Shown: piece by piece, positions 45,362 through 57,532 of the stretch | Layout: each line of letters opens with the position of its first letter | Position numbering within the stretch: the stretch's first letter is position 1 | Source: Carpediemonas membranifera BICM | Taxonomy: Eukaryota; Protista; Fornicata | NCBI GenBank assembly: GCA_019828565.1 | Contig: JAHDYR010000029.1 | Coordinates: 62,001-126,000, forward strand | Length of the DNA: 64,000 bases | Direction: 5' to 3' | Made by a program: the position numbers and the translations under genes | Notes under the pieces: generated by a model | What the model was told of the DNA's origin: nothing | What the model saw: only the letters and a program-made list of their open reading frames with translations | Database searches by the model: none

Positions 45362-46729
45362 ATGACGACAGCCTCGACGACGAAACCGCGCAAGAAGGAG
45401 AGGAATGTAAAGCTTACCGATGCTGGTGAGCCCCATAAGTCTCTCCTGCTTGTCCGCAAGACGAAACCGTCTTCAACCGCCAAGACCCACCGTACGAAGC
45501 ATATTCGGCCCCATCCGAACTTCGTCCCTCCAGAATATGCTCTGATTTCGCACCACTCTCTTTCCAAGCTCTCCACCTGGTCTGAATCACTGGCGGCGAA
45601 GGGTCTTGTGAACCCCTACACCACGTGCTTCATGAACTCGGGGATCCAGGCCCTGCTGGCCGTCCCCATGCTAGCACAGTACCTCCGCAAGAAGTACCAC
45701 TCCCGCGCGTGTTCTGCGGCGGGATGGTGTCCCACGTGCACCATGGAGAAGCTCGCCGAGCACGTCCTCGTCCCGCCCGGCCAGATCAAGAAGGCCAAGC
45801 CCGTCAACCCCAACGCTATGGTGAAGAACCTACGTTCGATCAACAAGTTTTTCTCCCCATACGACCAGCAGGATGCCCACGAGTTCATAATCAGTCTCAT
45901 CGACAAGATGGACGAGACCTTCCTAAAGGGACGGGGTCTCGACCCCAAGGGTCTGCCCGACAAGGTCGCCCACACCACCCCCCTGAGCCAGATGTTCGGA
46001 GGCTGGTCCGTCCAGACGCTGTCGTGCCCGCTCTGTCGATACGAGAGTCACACAGAGTCATTCCACTTAGACACGCCGATACAGGTCGCACTGGGCAAGA
46101 GCAAGTTCGGCACGTTAGAGGAGGCCCTGGCGTCCATGGTGCGGCCGGGGAAGCTGGGGTGCGAGTGGACGTGCGAGGGGTGCGAGGGCACGGTCGACCC
46201 GACCAAGCAGGTGGTCATCGCCCACCCGCCCGAGACGCTGATGATCACATTCCAGGTGTACGACCCCATCAAGGACCGTAAGTGCAGCAAACAGCCCCGC
46301 TACCCCCTGACCCTCGACATGTCGCCGTACGTGGCCGAGCCCTACGGCGACGAGAGGGACCGGTACGACCTCGTCAGCGTAATCAGGCACCACGGCCACT
46401 CCCAGCACAGCGGGCACTACTACTGCCAGGCTAAGCACGACGGCAAGTGGTACGAGCTCAACGACGAGTTCGTCGACTCCATCACGGCCAGTGACGCCAC
46501 CGCCCTCAACGGGAGGGCTGCGGGGTCCGCCTACATCGTGATTTACATGAGGAGACCCAAGGGCGCCGCGTCTGGTATCGAGCCTGAAGTCGCCCCCGCC
46601 CCGCAGGTCCGCACGAAGGGGAAGGCGGACAAGGGAAAGAAGAGCATTGTGGGCGGACTGGCGAAGGCTACCATGCTCAAGAAGAAGAGTGGCTCCAAGC
46701 GGCAGGCCATCCGGAAGCGCAGACGTTAA
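45362..46729 (+). CDS. Ubiquitin-specific protease (USP36/42-like)
   Basis: GLVNPYTTCFMNS Cys box, QQDAHEF, HHGHSQHSGHYYC His box, WYELND. Confidence 0.93.
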   Translation: MTTASTTKPRKKERNVKLTDAGEPHKSLLLVRKTKPSSTAKTHRTKHIRPHPNFVPPEYALISHHSLSKLSTWSESLAAKGLVNPYTTCFMNSGIQALLAVPMLAQYLRKKYHSRACSAAGWCPTCTMEKLAEHVLVPPGQIKKAKPVNPNAMVKNLRSINKFFSPYDQQDAHEFIISLIDKMDETFLKGRGLDPKGLPDKVAHTTPLSQMFGGWSVQTLSCPLCRYESHTESFHLDTPIQVALGKSKFGTLEEALASMVRPGKLGCEWTCEGCEGTVDPTKQVVIAHPPETLMITFQVYDPIKDRKCSKQPRYPLTLDMSPYVAEPYGDERDRYDLVSVIRHHGHSQHSGHYYCQAKHDGKWYELNDEFVDSITASDATALNGRAAGSAYIVIYMRRPKGAASGIEPEVAPAPQVRTKGKADKGKKSIVGGLAKATMLKKKSGSKRQAIRKRRR

Positions 46730-47327
46730 TTGGTGTATAGTAAAGGGTCTCGGGAACAGCAGCAATGGAAGGACTTCATGTCTGGTGCAGCTGGGACGAT
46801 GCGGCCGTCACATCAGGTCAGGTGTCATCCGCACTGCTTTCCTTCTTGACTCAAGTCGGTCTGGAGTTGTAAACACAGTCGATTCTTGCCGGGAATCATG
46901 GGCGAGCAGTCAACCATGGGGCCGGTAGCGTCCTCGTAATTATTAACTGATCGCCGCTCCCCGGTGGTTTCAAAGCAGAGTTAGCAAAAATTGTCACCAC
47001 GTCGAGGTGGACCCTTATCACCTAGGGTGATGCTTGCGCGCAATGTGTGCAGGCAAAGGTCAATGACAGAGGGTCTATTGCTAGAAGCGACGGATATTGA
47101 CCTACACGCGGGCCAAGGCCGGCGTACCACTCGCCAGGTAAGGCGAGCCACTGACTTTCATAGATTGCCGGAGCGCGGCAAGTCACAGAGCATTTAAACA
47201 GGTCAGAAACAGGGGTTTCTCAAGGTAATACTCTTCCCCCGTTGGTTAGGCGTTGTATGTCATGGCTTGGCAATCAAACCGTGCAGTTTATGGTTAGGTG
47301 CAGTTTAAGAAATGGCAGAGAAATGAT

Positions 47328-47401
47328 TGTTTCCAGTGGGGCTCGAACCCACGATCTTGTGCGTGTGAGGCACACGATATAGCCAACTAATCCATGGAAA
47401 C
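47328..47401 (-). tRNA. tRNA-Val(CAC)
   Basis: GTTTCCA/TGGAAAC acceptor stem, GTGC-CTCACAC-GCAC anticodon arm, GTGGGTTCGAGCCCCAC T arm. Confidence 0.93.
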
Positions 47402-48000
47402 CTCGCAAAATCCAGATTGTACGATTTTGATGCATATAGAAAATATGCCTTCAGCGATGCGAATCCTTTGGTTCGACTGGGACAGATGGGCTGGGAATTA
47501 CCCAGAGGAATAAAAGGTTAAGAAAATAGGAATAATCCAAAGTTGTCTCGGCTGCTATTGTGCTATCACGGAAGACAATTCAAGTTGTGGTGAAGGATGC
47601 TGTTTTGCTTTGCGGCATTTCTGCAGTGGAAATGATGACCAACAGTCACTTTGACTGCCTGGACCATCTGAATCGAGTTGGGTGTCAGCGAGTCTACCCT
47701 CAGCCACCACGGAGATTCATTGTTCATTCAGTAACGATCGACAGCAATTAGCTAGCCAGAGCCCGAGCGTAGAGCCGCATGCCTGTCCGCGCGTGCCTTG
47801 ACCTTTATTAGTGGTGATGCTATCAGCACCCACCGATCAGCAGAGACATGGTCTGTTTCAGGCCCCCGACCTCACAGAGACAGAGATTGTAGCATGCTGA
47901 CGTCCATGTGCGCTTGATTCGGTGCGATCCACCTTTTTTGAGTTTTGACCGTTCATGACAACTCAGAAGCATTCTGCAACCAAAACAACCCGAAATCGCC

Positions 48001-48588
48001 ATGAACACTGTCCCCGTTATCTCCAAGCCCGCTCCCGCCTTCGAGGCCACCGCTGTGATGCCCGACGGCTCCTTCCAGAAGTTCAGCCTCGCTGAGCAGA
48101 AGGGCAAGTACTTTGTCCTCGTCTTCTACCCCATGGACTTCACCTTCGTATGCCCCACCGAGATCATCGCCTTCTCCGAGGCCGCTGCCGAGTTCCGCAA
48201 GCTCGGCGCCGAGATCGCCGTCGTTTCCACCGACAGCGAGTTCGTCCACCTCGCCTGGCGCAACACCCCGCGCTCCGAGGGCGGCCTCGGTGAGCTGGCC
48301 ATCCCCATGATCGCCGACACCAACCACGAGATCTCGAAGCAGTACGGCGTGCTCATCCCCGAGATGGGCGTCGCCTTCCGCGGCCTCTTCATCATCGACG
48401 ACAAGGGCATCCTCCGCCAGATCACCGTCAACGATCTGCCCGTCGGCCGCGACGTCGCCGAGACCAAGCGCCTCCTCCAGGCCTTCCAGTTCACCGACAA
48501 GTACGGCGAGGTGTGCCCCGCTGGCTGGCACCCCGGCGACGACACCATCAACCCCGAGGACAAGAACGCCTACTTTAGCAAGCACTAA
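48001..48588 (+). CDS. prx: Typical 2-Cys peroxiredoxin (Prx1/AhpC), copy 1
   Basis: [13 protein letters not shown] and GEVCPAGW motifs. Confidence 0.97.
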   Translation: MNTVPVISKPAPAFEATAVMPDGSFQKFSLAEQKGKYFVLVFYPMDFTFVCPTEIIAFSEAAAEFRKLGAEIAVVSTDSEFVHLAWRNTPRSEGGLGELAIPMIADTNHEISKQYGVLIPEMGVAFRGLFIIDDKGILRQITVNDLPVGRDVAETKRLLQAFQFTDKYGEVCPAGWHPGDDTINPEDKNAYFSKH

Positions 48589-48792
48589 ATAGTTTACTCA
48601 CCCATGCTTTGAATGCCCACGATTTACCGCTCGTCCGCCTGACTGGCGCGGACACCGGCCTGCGTGACCGGTAGTGCAGTCAGCGCGCGTAGGATGTGAG
48701 TGGACGCTGTCGTTGCCCGCAGCGCCCCAGTCCAGTGCCGGCCCAGACAAATTCACACGGTTGAAGCTGCGTTTAATCTTTCCGGGCGGCGC

Positions 48793-49107
48793 TCAGGCGC
48801 TCTTGGCCTTCTCGACGAGCTGGCGGATGGCGGCCTCGTTGGCGCCGACGAACTCACCGATCATCTGGCCGGCCTTGAAGGCCTTGAACGTGGGCATCGC
48901 GCGGACGCCTGCGAGGCTGGCAGCCCCTTGGTTCTGGTCGACGTCAACCTTCACGCAGGTGACGTTTGGGTTCTCATCGGCGATCTTGATGAAGCGAGGG
49001 CCGATCATCTTGCACGGTGGGCACCAAGTGGCGAAGAAGTCGACGACTACGGGCGCGTCGCCGTTGATAAGCTGCTGGAATTCCTCAAGGGTTTCGATAA
49101 CCTTCAT
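48793..49107 (-). CDS. trx: Thioredoxin (WCPPC), copy 1
   Basis: VVVDFFATWCPPCK, KVDVD, AMPTF. Confidence 0.96.
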   Translation of the reverse strand: MKVIETLEEFQQLINGDAPVVVDFFATWCPPCKMIGPRFIKIADENPNVTCVKVDVDQNQGAASLAGVRAMPTFKAFKAGQMIGEFVGANEAAIRQLVEKAKSA

Positions 49108-49247
49108 GTTGTGTTCGTTTGTGGACTGGCCGGATCACGGCTGCTGCTGTGGCATTGCCGTGGGTATTGCCAGAAAAGACCAGAATCGATGCCGGCGAAG
49201 CTGCCGCAGTCGCTGCCGCGGCATGACATAGAACGCAACTACTGCAC

Positions 49248-49837
49248 ATGAACACTGTCCCCGTTATCTCCAAGCCCGCTCCCGCCTTCAGAGGCCACCG
49301 CTGTGATGCCCGACGGCTCCTTCCAGAAGTTCAGCCTCGCTGAGCAGAAGGGCAAGTACTTTGTCCTCGTCTTCTACCCCATGGACTTCACCTTCGTATG
49401 CCCCACCGAGATCATCGCCTTCTCCGAGGCCGCTGCCGAGTTCCGCAAGCTCGGCGCCGAGATCGCCGTCGTTTCCACCGACAGCGAGTTCGTCCACCTC
49501 GCCTGGCGCAACACCCCGCGCTCCGAGGGGCGGCCTCGGTGAGCTGGCCATCCCCATGATCGCCGACACCAACCACGAGATCTCGAAGCAGTACGGCGTG
49601 CTCATCCCCGAGATGGGCGTCGCCTTCCGCGGCCTCTTCATCATCGACGACAAGGGCATCCTCCGCCAGATCACCGTCAACGATCTGCCCGTCGGCCGCG
49701 ACGTCGCCGAGACCAAGCGCCTCCTCCAGGCCTTCCAGTTCACCGACAAGTACGGCGAGGTGTGCCCCGCTGGCTGGCACCCCGGCGACGACACCATCAA
49801 CCCCGAGGACAAGAACGCCTACTTTAGCAAGCACTAA
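49248..49837 (+). CDS. prx: Peroxiredoxin copy 2 (indels, probably assembly error)
   Basis: Near-identical to copy 1. Confidence 0.85.
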
Positions 49838-50041
49838 ATAGTTTACTCACCCATGCTTTGAATGCCCACGATTTACCGCTCGTCCGCCTGACTGGCGCGG
49901 ACACCGGCCTGCGTGACCGGTAGTGCAGTCAGCGCGCGTAGGATGTGAGTGGACGCTGTCGTTGCCCGCAGCGCCCCAGTCCAGTGCCGGCCCAGACAAA
50001 TTCACACGGTTGAAGCTGCGTTTAATCTTTCCGGGCGGCGC

Positions 50042-50356
50042 TCAGGCGCTCTTGGCCTTCTCGACGAGCTGGCGGATGGCGGCCTCGTTGGCGCCGACGA
50101 CCTCACCGATCATCTGGCCGGCCTTGAAGGCCTTGAACGTGGGCATCGCGCGGACGCCTGCGAGGCTGGCAGCCCCTTGGTTCTGGTCGACGTCAACCTT
50201 CACGCAGGTGACGTTTGGGTTCTCATCGGCGATCTTGATGAAGCGAGGGCCGATCATCTTGCACGGTGGGCACCAAGTGGCGAAGAAGTCGACGACTACG
50301 GGCGCGTCGCCGTTGATAAGCTGCTGGAATTCCTCAAGGGTTTCGATAACCTTCAT
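50042..50356 (-). CDS. trx: Thioredoxin copy 2
   Basis: WCPPC, 104 aa. Confidence 0.95.
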   Translation of the reverse strand: MKVIETLEEFQQLINGDAPVVVDFFATWCPPCKMIGPRFIKIADENPNVTCVKVDVDQNQGAASLAGVRAMPTFKAFKAGQMIGEVVGANEAAIRQLVEKAKSA

Positions 50357-50497
50357 GTTGTGTTCGTTTGTGGACTGGCCGGATCACGGCTGCTGCTGTG
50401 GCATTGCCGTGGGTATTGCCAGAAAAAGACCAGAATCGATGCCGGCGAAGCTGCCGCAGTCGCTGCCGCGGCATGACATAGAACGCAACTACTGCAC

Positions 50498-51087
50498 ATG
50501 AACACTGTCCCCGTTATCTCCAAGCCCGCTCCCGCCTTCGAGGCCACCGCTGTGATGCCCGACGGCTCCTTCCAGAAGTTCAGCCTCGCTGAGCAGAAGG
50601 AGCAAGTACTTTGTCCTCGTCTTCTACCCCATGGACTTCACCTTCGTATGCCCCACCGAGATCATCGCCTTCTCCGAGGCCGCTGCCGAGTTCCGCAAAG
50701 CTCGGCGCCGAGATCGCCGTCGTTTCCACCGACAGCGAGTTCGTCCACCTCGCCTGGCGCAACACCCCGCGCTCCGAGGGCGGCCTCGGTGAGCTGGCCA
50801 TCCCCATGATCGCCGACACCAACCACGAGATCTCGAAGCAGTACGGCGTGCTCATCCCCGAGATGGGCGTCGCCTTCCGCGGCCTCTTCATCATCGACGA
50901 CAAGGGCATCCTCCGCCAGATCACCGTCAACGATCTGCCCGTCGGCCGCGACGTCGCCGAGACCAAGCGCCTCCTCCAGGCCTTCCAGTTCACCGACAAG
51001 TACGGCGAGGTGTGCCCCGCTGGCTGGCACCCCGGCGACGACACCATCAACCCCGAGGACAAGAACGCCTACTTTAGCAAGCACTAA
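50498..51087 (+). CDS. prx: Peroxiredoxin copy 3 (indels)
   Basis: Near-identical to copy 1. Confidence 0.85.
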
Positions 51088-51291
51088 ATAGTTTACTCAC
51101 CCATGCTTTGAATGCCCACGATTTACCGCTCGTCCGCCTGACTGGCGCGGACACCGGCCTGCGTGACCGGTAGTGCAGTCAGCGCGCGTAGGATGTGAGT
51201 GGACGCTGTCGTTGCCCGCAGCGCCCCAGTCCAGTGCCGGCCCAGACAAATTCACACGGTTGAAGCTGCGTTTAATCTTTCCGGGCGGCGC

Positions 51292-51606
51292 TCAGGCGCT
51301 CTTGGCCTTCTCGACGAGCTGGCGGATGGCGGCCTCGTTGGCGCCGACGACCTCACCGATCATCTGGCCGGCCTTGAAGGCCTTGAACGTGGGCATCGCG
51401 CGGACGCCTGCGAGGCTGGCAGCCCCTTGGTTCTGGTCGACGTCAACCTTCACGCAGGTGACGTTTGGGTTCTCATCGGCGATCTTGATGAAGCGAGGGC
51501 CGATCATCTTGCACGGTGGGCACCAAGTGGCGAAGAAGTCGACGACTACGGGCGCGTCGCCGTTGATAAGCTGCTGGAATTCCTCAAGGGTTTCGATAAC
51601 CTTCAT
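51292..51606 (-). CDS. trx: Thioredoxin copy 3
   Basis: WCPPC, 104 aa. Confidence 0.95.
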   Translation of the reverse strand: MKVIETLEEFQQLINGDAPVVVDFFATWCPPCKMIGPRFIKIADENPNVTCVKVDVDQNQGAASLAGVRAMPTFKAFKAGQMIGEVVGANEAAIRQLVEKAKSA

Positions 51607-51746
51607 GTTGTGTTCGTTTGTGGACTGGCCGGATCACGGCTGCTGCTGTGGCATTGCCGTGGGTATTGCCAGAAAAGACCAGAATCGATGCCGGCGAAGC
51701 TGCCGCAGTCGCTGCCGCGGCATGACATAGAACGCAACTACTGCAC

Positions 51747-52335
51747 ATGAACACTGTCCCCGTTATCTCCAAGCCCGCTCCCGCCTTCGAGGCCACCGCT
51801 GTGATGCCCGACGGCTCCTTCCAGAAGTTCAGCCTCGCTGAGCAGAAGGGCAAGTACTTTGTCCTCGTCTTCTACCCCATGGACTTCACCTTCGTATGCC
51901 CCACCGAGATCATCGCCTTCTCCGAGGCCGCTGCCGAGTTCCGCAAGCTCGGCGCCGAGATCGCCGTCGTTTCCACCGACAGCGAGTTCGTCCACCTCGC
52001 CTGGCGCAACACCCCGCGCTCCGAGGGGCGGCCTCGGTGAGCTGGCCATCCCCATGATCGCCGACACCAACCACGAGATCTCGAAGCAGTACGGCGTGCT
52101 CATCCCCGAGATGGGCGTCGCCTTCCGCGGCCTCTTCATCATCGACGACAAGGGCATCCTCCGCCAGATCACCGTCAACGATCTGCCCGTCGGCCGCGAC
52201 GTCGCCGAGACCAAGCGCCTCCTCCAGGCCTTCCAGTTCACCGACAAGTACGGCGAGGTGTGCCCCGCTGGCTGGCACCCCGGCGACGACACCATCAACC
52301 CCGAGGACAAGAACGCCTACTTTAGCAAGCACTAA
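51747..52335 (+). CDS. prx: Peroxiredoxin copy 4 (indel)
   Basis: Near-identical to copy 1. Confidence 0.85.
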
Positions 52336-52539
52336 ATAGTTTACTCACCCATGCTTTGAATGCCCACGATTTACCGCTCGTCCGCCTGACTGGCGCGGAC
52401 ACCGGCCTGCGTGACCGGTAGTGCAGTCAGCGCGCGTAGGATGTGAGTGGACGCTGTCGTTGCCCGCAGCGCCCCAGTCCAGTGCCGGCCCAGACAAATT
52501 CACACGGTTGAAGCTGCGTTTAATCTTTCCGGGCGGCGC

Positions 52540-52854
52540 TCAGGCGCTCTTGGCCTTCTCGACGAGCTGGCGGATGGCGGCCTCGTTGGCGCCGACGACC
52601 TCACCGATCATCTGGCCGGCCTTGAAGGCCTTGAACGTGGGCATCGCGCGGACGCCTGCGAGGCTGGCAGCCCCTTGGTTCTGGTCGACGTCAACCTTCA
52701 CGCAGGTGACGTTTGGGTTCTCCTCGGCGATCTTGATGAAGCGAGGGCCGATCATCTTGCACGGTGGGCACCAAGTGGCGAAGAAGTCGACGACTACGGG
52801 CGCGTCGCCGTTGATAAGCTGCTGGAATTCCTCAAGGGTTTCGATAACCTTCAT
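52540..52854 (-). CDS. trx: Thioredoxin copy 4
   Basis: WCPPC, 104 aa. Confidence 0.95.
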   Translation of the reverse strand: MKVIETLEEFQQLINGDAPVVVDFFATWCPPCKMIGPRFIKIAEENPNVTCVKVDVDQNQGAASLAGVRAMPTFKAFKAGQMIGEVVGANEAAIRQLVEKAKSA

Positions 52855-52995
52855 GTTGTGTTCGTTTGTGGACTGGCCGGATCACGGCTGCTGCTGTGGC
52901 ATTGCCGTGGGTATTGCCAGAAAAAGACCAGAATCGATGCCGGCGAAGCTGCCGCAGTCGCTGCCGCGGCATGACATAGAACGCAACTACTGCAC

Positions 52996-53584
52996 ATGAA
53001 CACTGTCCCCGTTATCTCCAAGCCCGCTCCCGCCTTCGAGGCCACCGCTGTGATGCCCGACGGCTCCTTCCAGAAGTTCAGCCTCGCTGAGCAGAAGGGC
53101 AAGTACTTTGTCCTCGTCTTCTACCCCATGGACTTCACCTTCGTATGCCCCACCGAGATCATCGCCTTCTCCGAGGCCGCTGCCGAGTTCCGCAAGCTCG
53201 GCGCCGAGATCGCCGTCGTTTCCACCGACAGCGAGTTCGTCCACCTCGCCTGGCGCAACACCCCGCGCTCCGAGGGCGGCCTCGGTGAGCTGGCCATCCC
53301 CATGATCGCCGACACCAACCACGAGATCTCGAAGCAGTACGGCGTGCTCATCCCCGAGATGGGCGTCGCCTTCCGCGGCCTCTTCATCATCGACGACAAA
53401 GGGCATCCTCCGCCAGATCACCGTCAACGATCTGCCCGTCGGCCGCGACGTCGCCGAGACCAAGCGCCTCCTCCAGGCCTTCCAGTTCACCGACAAGTAC
53501 GGCGAGGTGTGCCCCGCTGGCTGGCACCCCGGCGACGACACCATCAACCCCGAGGACAAGAACGCCTACTTTAGCAAGCACTAA
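52996..53584 (+). CDS. prx: Peroxiredoxin copy 5 (indel)
   Basis: Near-identical to copy 1. Confidence 0.85.
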
Positions 53585-53788
53585 ATAGTTTACTCACCCA
53601 TGCTTTGAATGCCCACGATTTACCGCTCGTCCGCCTGACTGGCGCGGACACCGGCCTGCGTGACCGGTAGTGCAGTCAGCGCGCGTAGGATGTGAGTGGA
53701 CGCTGTCGTTGCCCGCAGCGCCTCAGTCCAGTGCCGGCCCAGACAAATTCACACGGTTGAAGCTGCGTTTAATCTTTCCGGGCGGCGC

Positions 53789-54102
53789 TCAGGCGCTCTT
53801 GGCCTTCTCGACGAGCTGGCGGATGGCGGCCTCGTTGGCGCCGACGACCTCACCGATCATCTGGCCGGCCTTGAAGGCCTTGAACGTGGGCATCGCGCGG
53901 ACGCCTGCGAGGCTGGCAGCCCCTGGTTCTGGTCGACGTCAACCTTCACGCAGGTGACGTTTGGGTTCTCCTCGGCGATCTTGATGAAGCGAGGGCCGAT
54001 CATCTTGCACGGTGGGCACCAAGTGGCGAAGAAGTCGACGACTACGGGCGCGTCGCCGTTGATAAGCTGCTGGAATTCCTCAAGGGTTTCGATAACCTTC
54101 AT
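53789..54102 (-). CDS. trx: Thioredoxin copy 5 (1-nt deletion)
   Basis: WCPPC; frameshift near 53923. Confidence 0.85.
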
Positions 54103-54243
54103 GTTGTGTTCGTTTGTGGACTGGCCGGATCACGGCTGCTGCTGTGGCATTGCCGTGGGTATTGCCAGAAAAAGACCAGAATCGATGCCGGCGAAGCTGC
54201 CGCAGTCGCTGCCGCGGCATGACATAGAACGCAACTACTGCAC

Positions 54244-54832
54244 ATGAACACTGTCCCCGTTATCTCCAAGCCCGCTCCCGCCTTCGAGGCCACCGCTGTG
54301 ATGCCCGACGGCTCCTTCCAGAAGTTCAGCCTCGCTGAGCAGAAGGGCAAAGTACTTTGTCCTCGTCTTCTACCCCATGGACTTCACCTTCGTATGCCCC
54401 ACCGAGATCATCGCCTTCTCCGAGGCCGCTGCCGAGTTCCGCAAGCTCGGCGCCGAGATCGCCGTCGTTTCCACCGACAGCGAGTTCGTCCACCTCGCCT
54501 GGCGCAACACCCCGCGCTCCGAGGGCGGCCTCGGTGAGCTGGCCATCCCCATGATCGCCGACACCAACCACGAGATCTCGAAGCAGTACGGCGTGCTCAT
54601 CCCCGAGATGGGCGTCGCCTTCCGCGGCCTCTTCATCATCGACGACAAGGGCATCCTCCGCCAGATCACCGTCAACGATCTGCCCGTCGGCCGCGACGTC
54701 GCCGAGACCAAGCGCCTCCTCCAGGCCTTCCAGTTCACCGACAAGTACGGCGAGGTGTGCCCCGCTGGCTGGCACCCCGGCGACGACACCATCAACCCCG
54801 AGGACAAGAACGCCTACTTTAGCAAGCACTAA
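54244..54832 (+). CDS. prx: Peroxiredoxin copy 6 (indel)
   Basis: Near-identical to copy 1. Confidence 0.85.
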
Positions 54833-55036
54833 ATAGTTTACTCACCCATGCTTTGAATGCCCACGATTTACCGCTCGTCCGCCTGACTGGCGCGGACACC
54901 GGCCTGCGTGACCGGTAGTGCAGTCAGCGCGCGTAGGATGTGAGTGGACGCTGTCGTTGCCCGCAGCGCCTCAGTCCAGTGCCGGCCCAGACAAATTCAC
55001 ACGGTTGAAGCTGCGTTTAATCTTTCCGGGCGGCGC

Positions 55037-55351
55037 TCAGGCGCTCTTGGCCTTCTCGACGAGCTGGCGGATGGCGGCCTCGTTGGCGCCGACGACCTCA
55101 CCGATCATCTGGCCGGCCTTGAAGGCCTTGAACGTGGGCATCGCGCGGACGCCTGCGAGGCTGGCAGCCCCTTGGTTCTGGTCGACGTCAACCTTCACGC
55201 AGGTGACGTTTGGGTTCTCCTCGGCGATCTTGATGAAGCGAGGGCCGATCATCTTGCACGGTGGGCACCAAGTGGCGAAGAAGTCGACGACTACGGGCGC
55301 GTCGCCGTTGATAAGCTGCTGGAATTCCTCAAGGGTTTCGATAACCTTCAT
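55037..55351 (-). CDS. trx: Thioredoxin copy 6
   Basis: WCPPC, 104 aa. Confidence 0.95.
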   Translation of the reverse strand: MKVIETLEEFQQLINGDAPVVVDFFATWCPPCKMIGPRFIKIAEENPNVTCVKVDVDQNQGAASLAGVRAMPTFKAFKAGQMIGEVVGANEAAIRQLVEKAKSA

Positions 55352-55491
55352 GTTGTGTTCGTTTGTGGACTGGCCGGATCACGGCTGCTGCTGTGGCATT
55401 GCCGTGGGTATTGCCAGAAAAGACCAGAATCGATGCCGGCGAAGCTGCCGCAGTCGCTGCCGCGGCATGACATAGAACGCAACTACTGCAC

Positions 55492-56080
55492 ATGAACACT
55501 GTCCCCGTTATCTCCAAGCCCGCTCCCGCCTTCGAGGCCACCGCTGTGATGCCCGACGGCTCCTTCCAGAAGTTCAGCCTCGCTGAGCAGAAGGGCAAGT
55601 ACTTTGTCCTCGTCTTCTACCCCATGGACTTCACCTTCGTATGCCCCACCGAGATCATCGCCTTCTCCGAGGCCGCTGCCGAGTTCCGCAAGCTCGGCGC
55701 CGAGATCGCCGTCGTTTCCACCGACAGCGAGTTCGTCCACCTCGCCTGGCGCAACACCCCGCGCTCCGAGGGCGGCCTCGGTGAGCTGGCCATCCCCATG
55801 ATCGCCGACACCAACCACGAGATCTCGAAGCAGTACGGCGTGCTCATCCCCGAGATGGGCGTCGCCTTCCGCGGCCTCTTCATCATCGACGACAAGGGCA
55901 TCCTCCGCCAGATCACCGTCAACGATCTGCCCGTCGGCCGCGACGTCGCCGAGACCAAGCGCCTCCTCCAGGCCTTCCAGTTCACCGACAAAGTACGGCG
56001 AGGTGTGCCCCGCTGGCTGGCACCCCGGCGACGACACCATCAACCCCGAGGACAAGAACGCCTACTTTAGCAAGCACTAA
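55492..56080 (+). CDS. prx: Peroxiredoxin copy 7 (indel)
   Basis: Near-identical to copy 1. Confidence 0.85.
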
Positions 56081-56284
56081 ATAGTTTACTCACCCATGCT
56101 TTGAATGCCCACGATTTACCGCTCGTCCGCCTGACTGGCGCGGACACCGGCCTGCGTGACCGGTAGTGCAGTCAGCGCGCGTAGGATGTGAGTGGACGCT
56201 GTCGTTGCCCGCAGCGCCCCAGTCCAGTGCCGGCCCAGACAAATTCACACGGTTGAAGCTGCGTTTAATCTTTCCGGGCGGCGC

Positions 56285-56599
56285 TCAGGCGCTCTTGGCC
56301 TTCTCGACGAGCTGGCGGATGGCGGCCTCGTTGGCGCCGACGACCTCACCGATCATCTGGCCGGCCTTGAAGGCCTTGAACGTGGGCATCGCGCGGACGC
56401 CTGCGAGGCTGGCAGCCCCTTGGTTCTGGTCGACGTCAACCTTCACGCAGGTGACGTTTGGGTTCTCCTCGGCGATCTTGATGAAGCGAGGGCCGATCAT
56501 CTTGCACGGTGGGCACCAAGTGGCGAAGAAGTCGACGACTACGGGCGCGTCGCCGTTGATAAGCTGCTGGAATTCCTCAAGGGTTTCGATAACCTTCAT
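56285..56599 (-). CDS. trx: Thioredoxin copy 7
   Basis: WCPPC, 104 aa. Confidence 0.95.
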   Translation of the reverse strand: MKVIETLEEFQQLINGDAPVVVDFFATWCPPCKMIGPRFIKIAEENPNVTCVKVDVDQNQGAASLAGVRAMPTFKAFKAGQMIGEVVGANEAAIRQLVEKAKSA

Positions 56600-56739
56600 G
56601 TTGTGTTCGTTTGTGGACTGGCCGGATCACGGCTGCTGCTGTGGCATTGCCGTGGGTATTGCCAGAAAAGACCAGAATCGATGCCGGCGAAGCTGCCGCA
56701 GTCGCTGCCGCGGCATGACATAGAACGCAACTACTGCAC

Positions 56740-57327
56740 ATGAACACTGTCCCCGTTATCTCCAAGCCCGCTCCCGCCTTCGAGGCCACCGCTGTGATGC
56801 CCGACGGCTCCTTCCAGAAGTTCAGCCTCGCTGAGCAGAAGGGCAAGTACTTTGTCCTCGTCTTCTACCCCATGGACTTCACCTTCGTATGCCCCACCGA
56901 GATCATCGCCTTCTCCGAGGCCGCTGCCGAGTTCCGCAAGCTCGGCGCCGAGATCGCCGTCGTTTCCACCGACAGCGAGTTCGTCCACCTCGCCTGGCGC
57001 AACACCCCGCGCTCCGAGGGCGGCCTCGGTGAGCTGGCCATCCCCATGATCGCCGACACCAACCACGAGATCTCGAAGCAGTACGGCGTGCTCATCCCCG
57101 AGATGGGCGTCGCCTTCCGCGGCCTCTTCATCATCGACGACAAGGGCATCCTCCGCCAGATCACCGTCAACGATCTGCCCGTCGGCCGCGACGTCGCCGA
57201 GACCAAGCGCCTCCTCCAGGCCTTCCAGTTCACCGACAAGTACGGCGAGGTGTGCCCCGCTGGCTGGCACCCCGGCGACGACACCATCAACCCCGAGGAC
57301 AAGAACGCCTACTTTAGCAAGCACTAA
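56740..57327 (+). CDS. prx: Peroxiredoxin copy 8
   Basis: Intact 195 aa. Confidence 0.96.
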   Translation: MNTVPVISKPAPAFEATAVMPDGSFQKFSLAEQKGKYFVLVFYPMDFTFVCPTEIIAFSEAAAEFRKLGAEIAVVSTDSEFVHLAWRNTPRSEGGLGELAIPMIADTNHEISKQYGVLIPEMGVAFRGLFIIDDKGILRQITVNDLPVGRDVAETKRLLQAFQFTDKYGEVCPAGWHPGDDTINPEDKNAYFSKH

Positions 57328-57532
57328 ATAGTTTACTCACCCATGCTTTGAATGCCCACGATTTACCGCTCGTCCGCCTGACTGGCGCGGACACCGGCCT
57401 GCGTGACCGGTAGTGCAGTCAGCGCGCGTAGGATGTGAGTGGACGCTGTCGTTGCCCGCAGCGCCCCAGTCCAGTGCCGGCCCAGACAAATTCACACGGT
57501 TGAAGCTGCGTTTAATCTTTTCCGGGCGGCGC

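Noticed and set aside
49248-56080. Frameshifted Prx/Trx copies as pseudogenes or phase variation
   Set aside because: Scattered single-base indels, mostly in short homopolymers, are typical of unpolished long-read repeats. Cannot be confirmed without reads.
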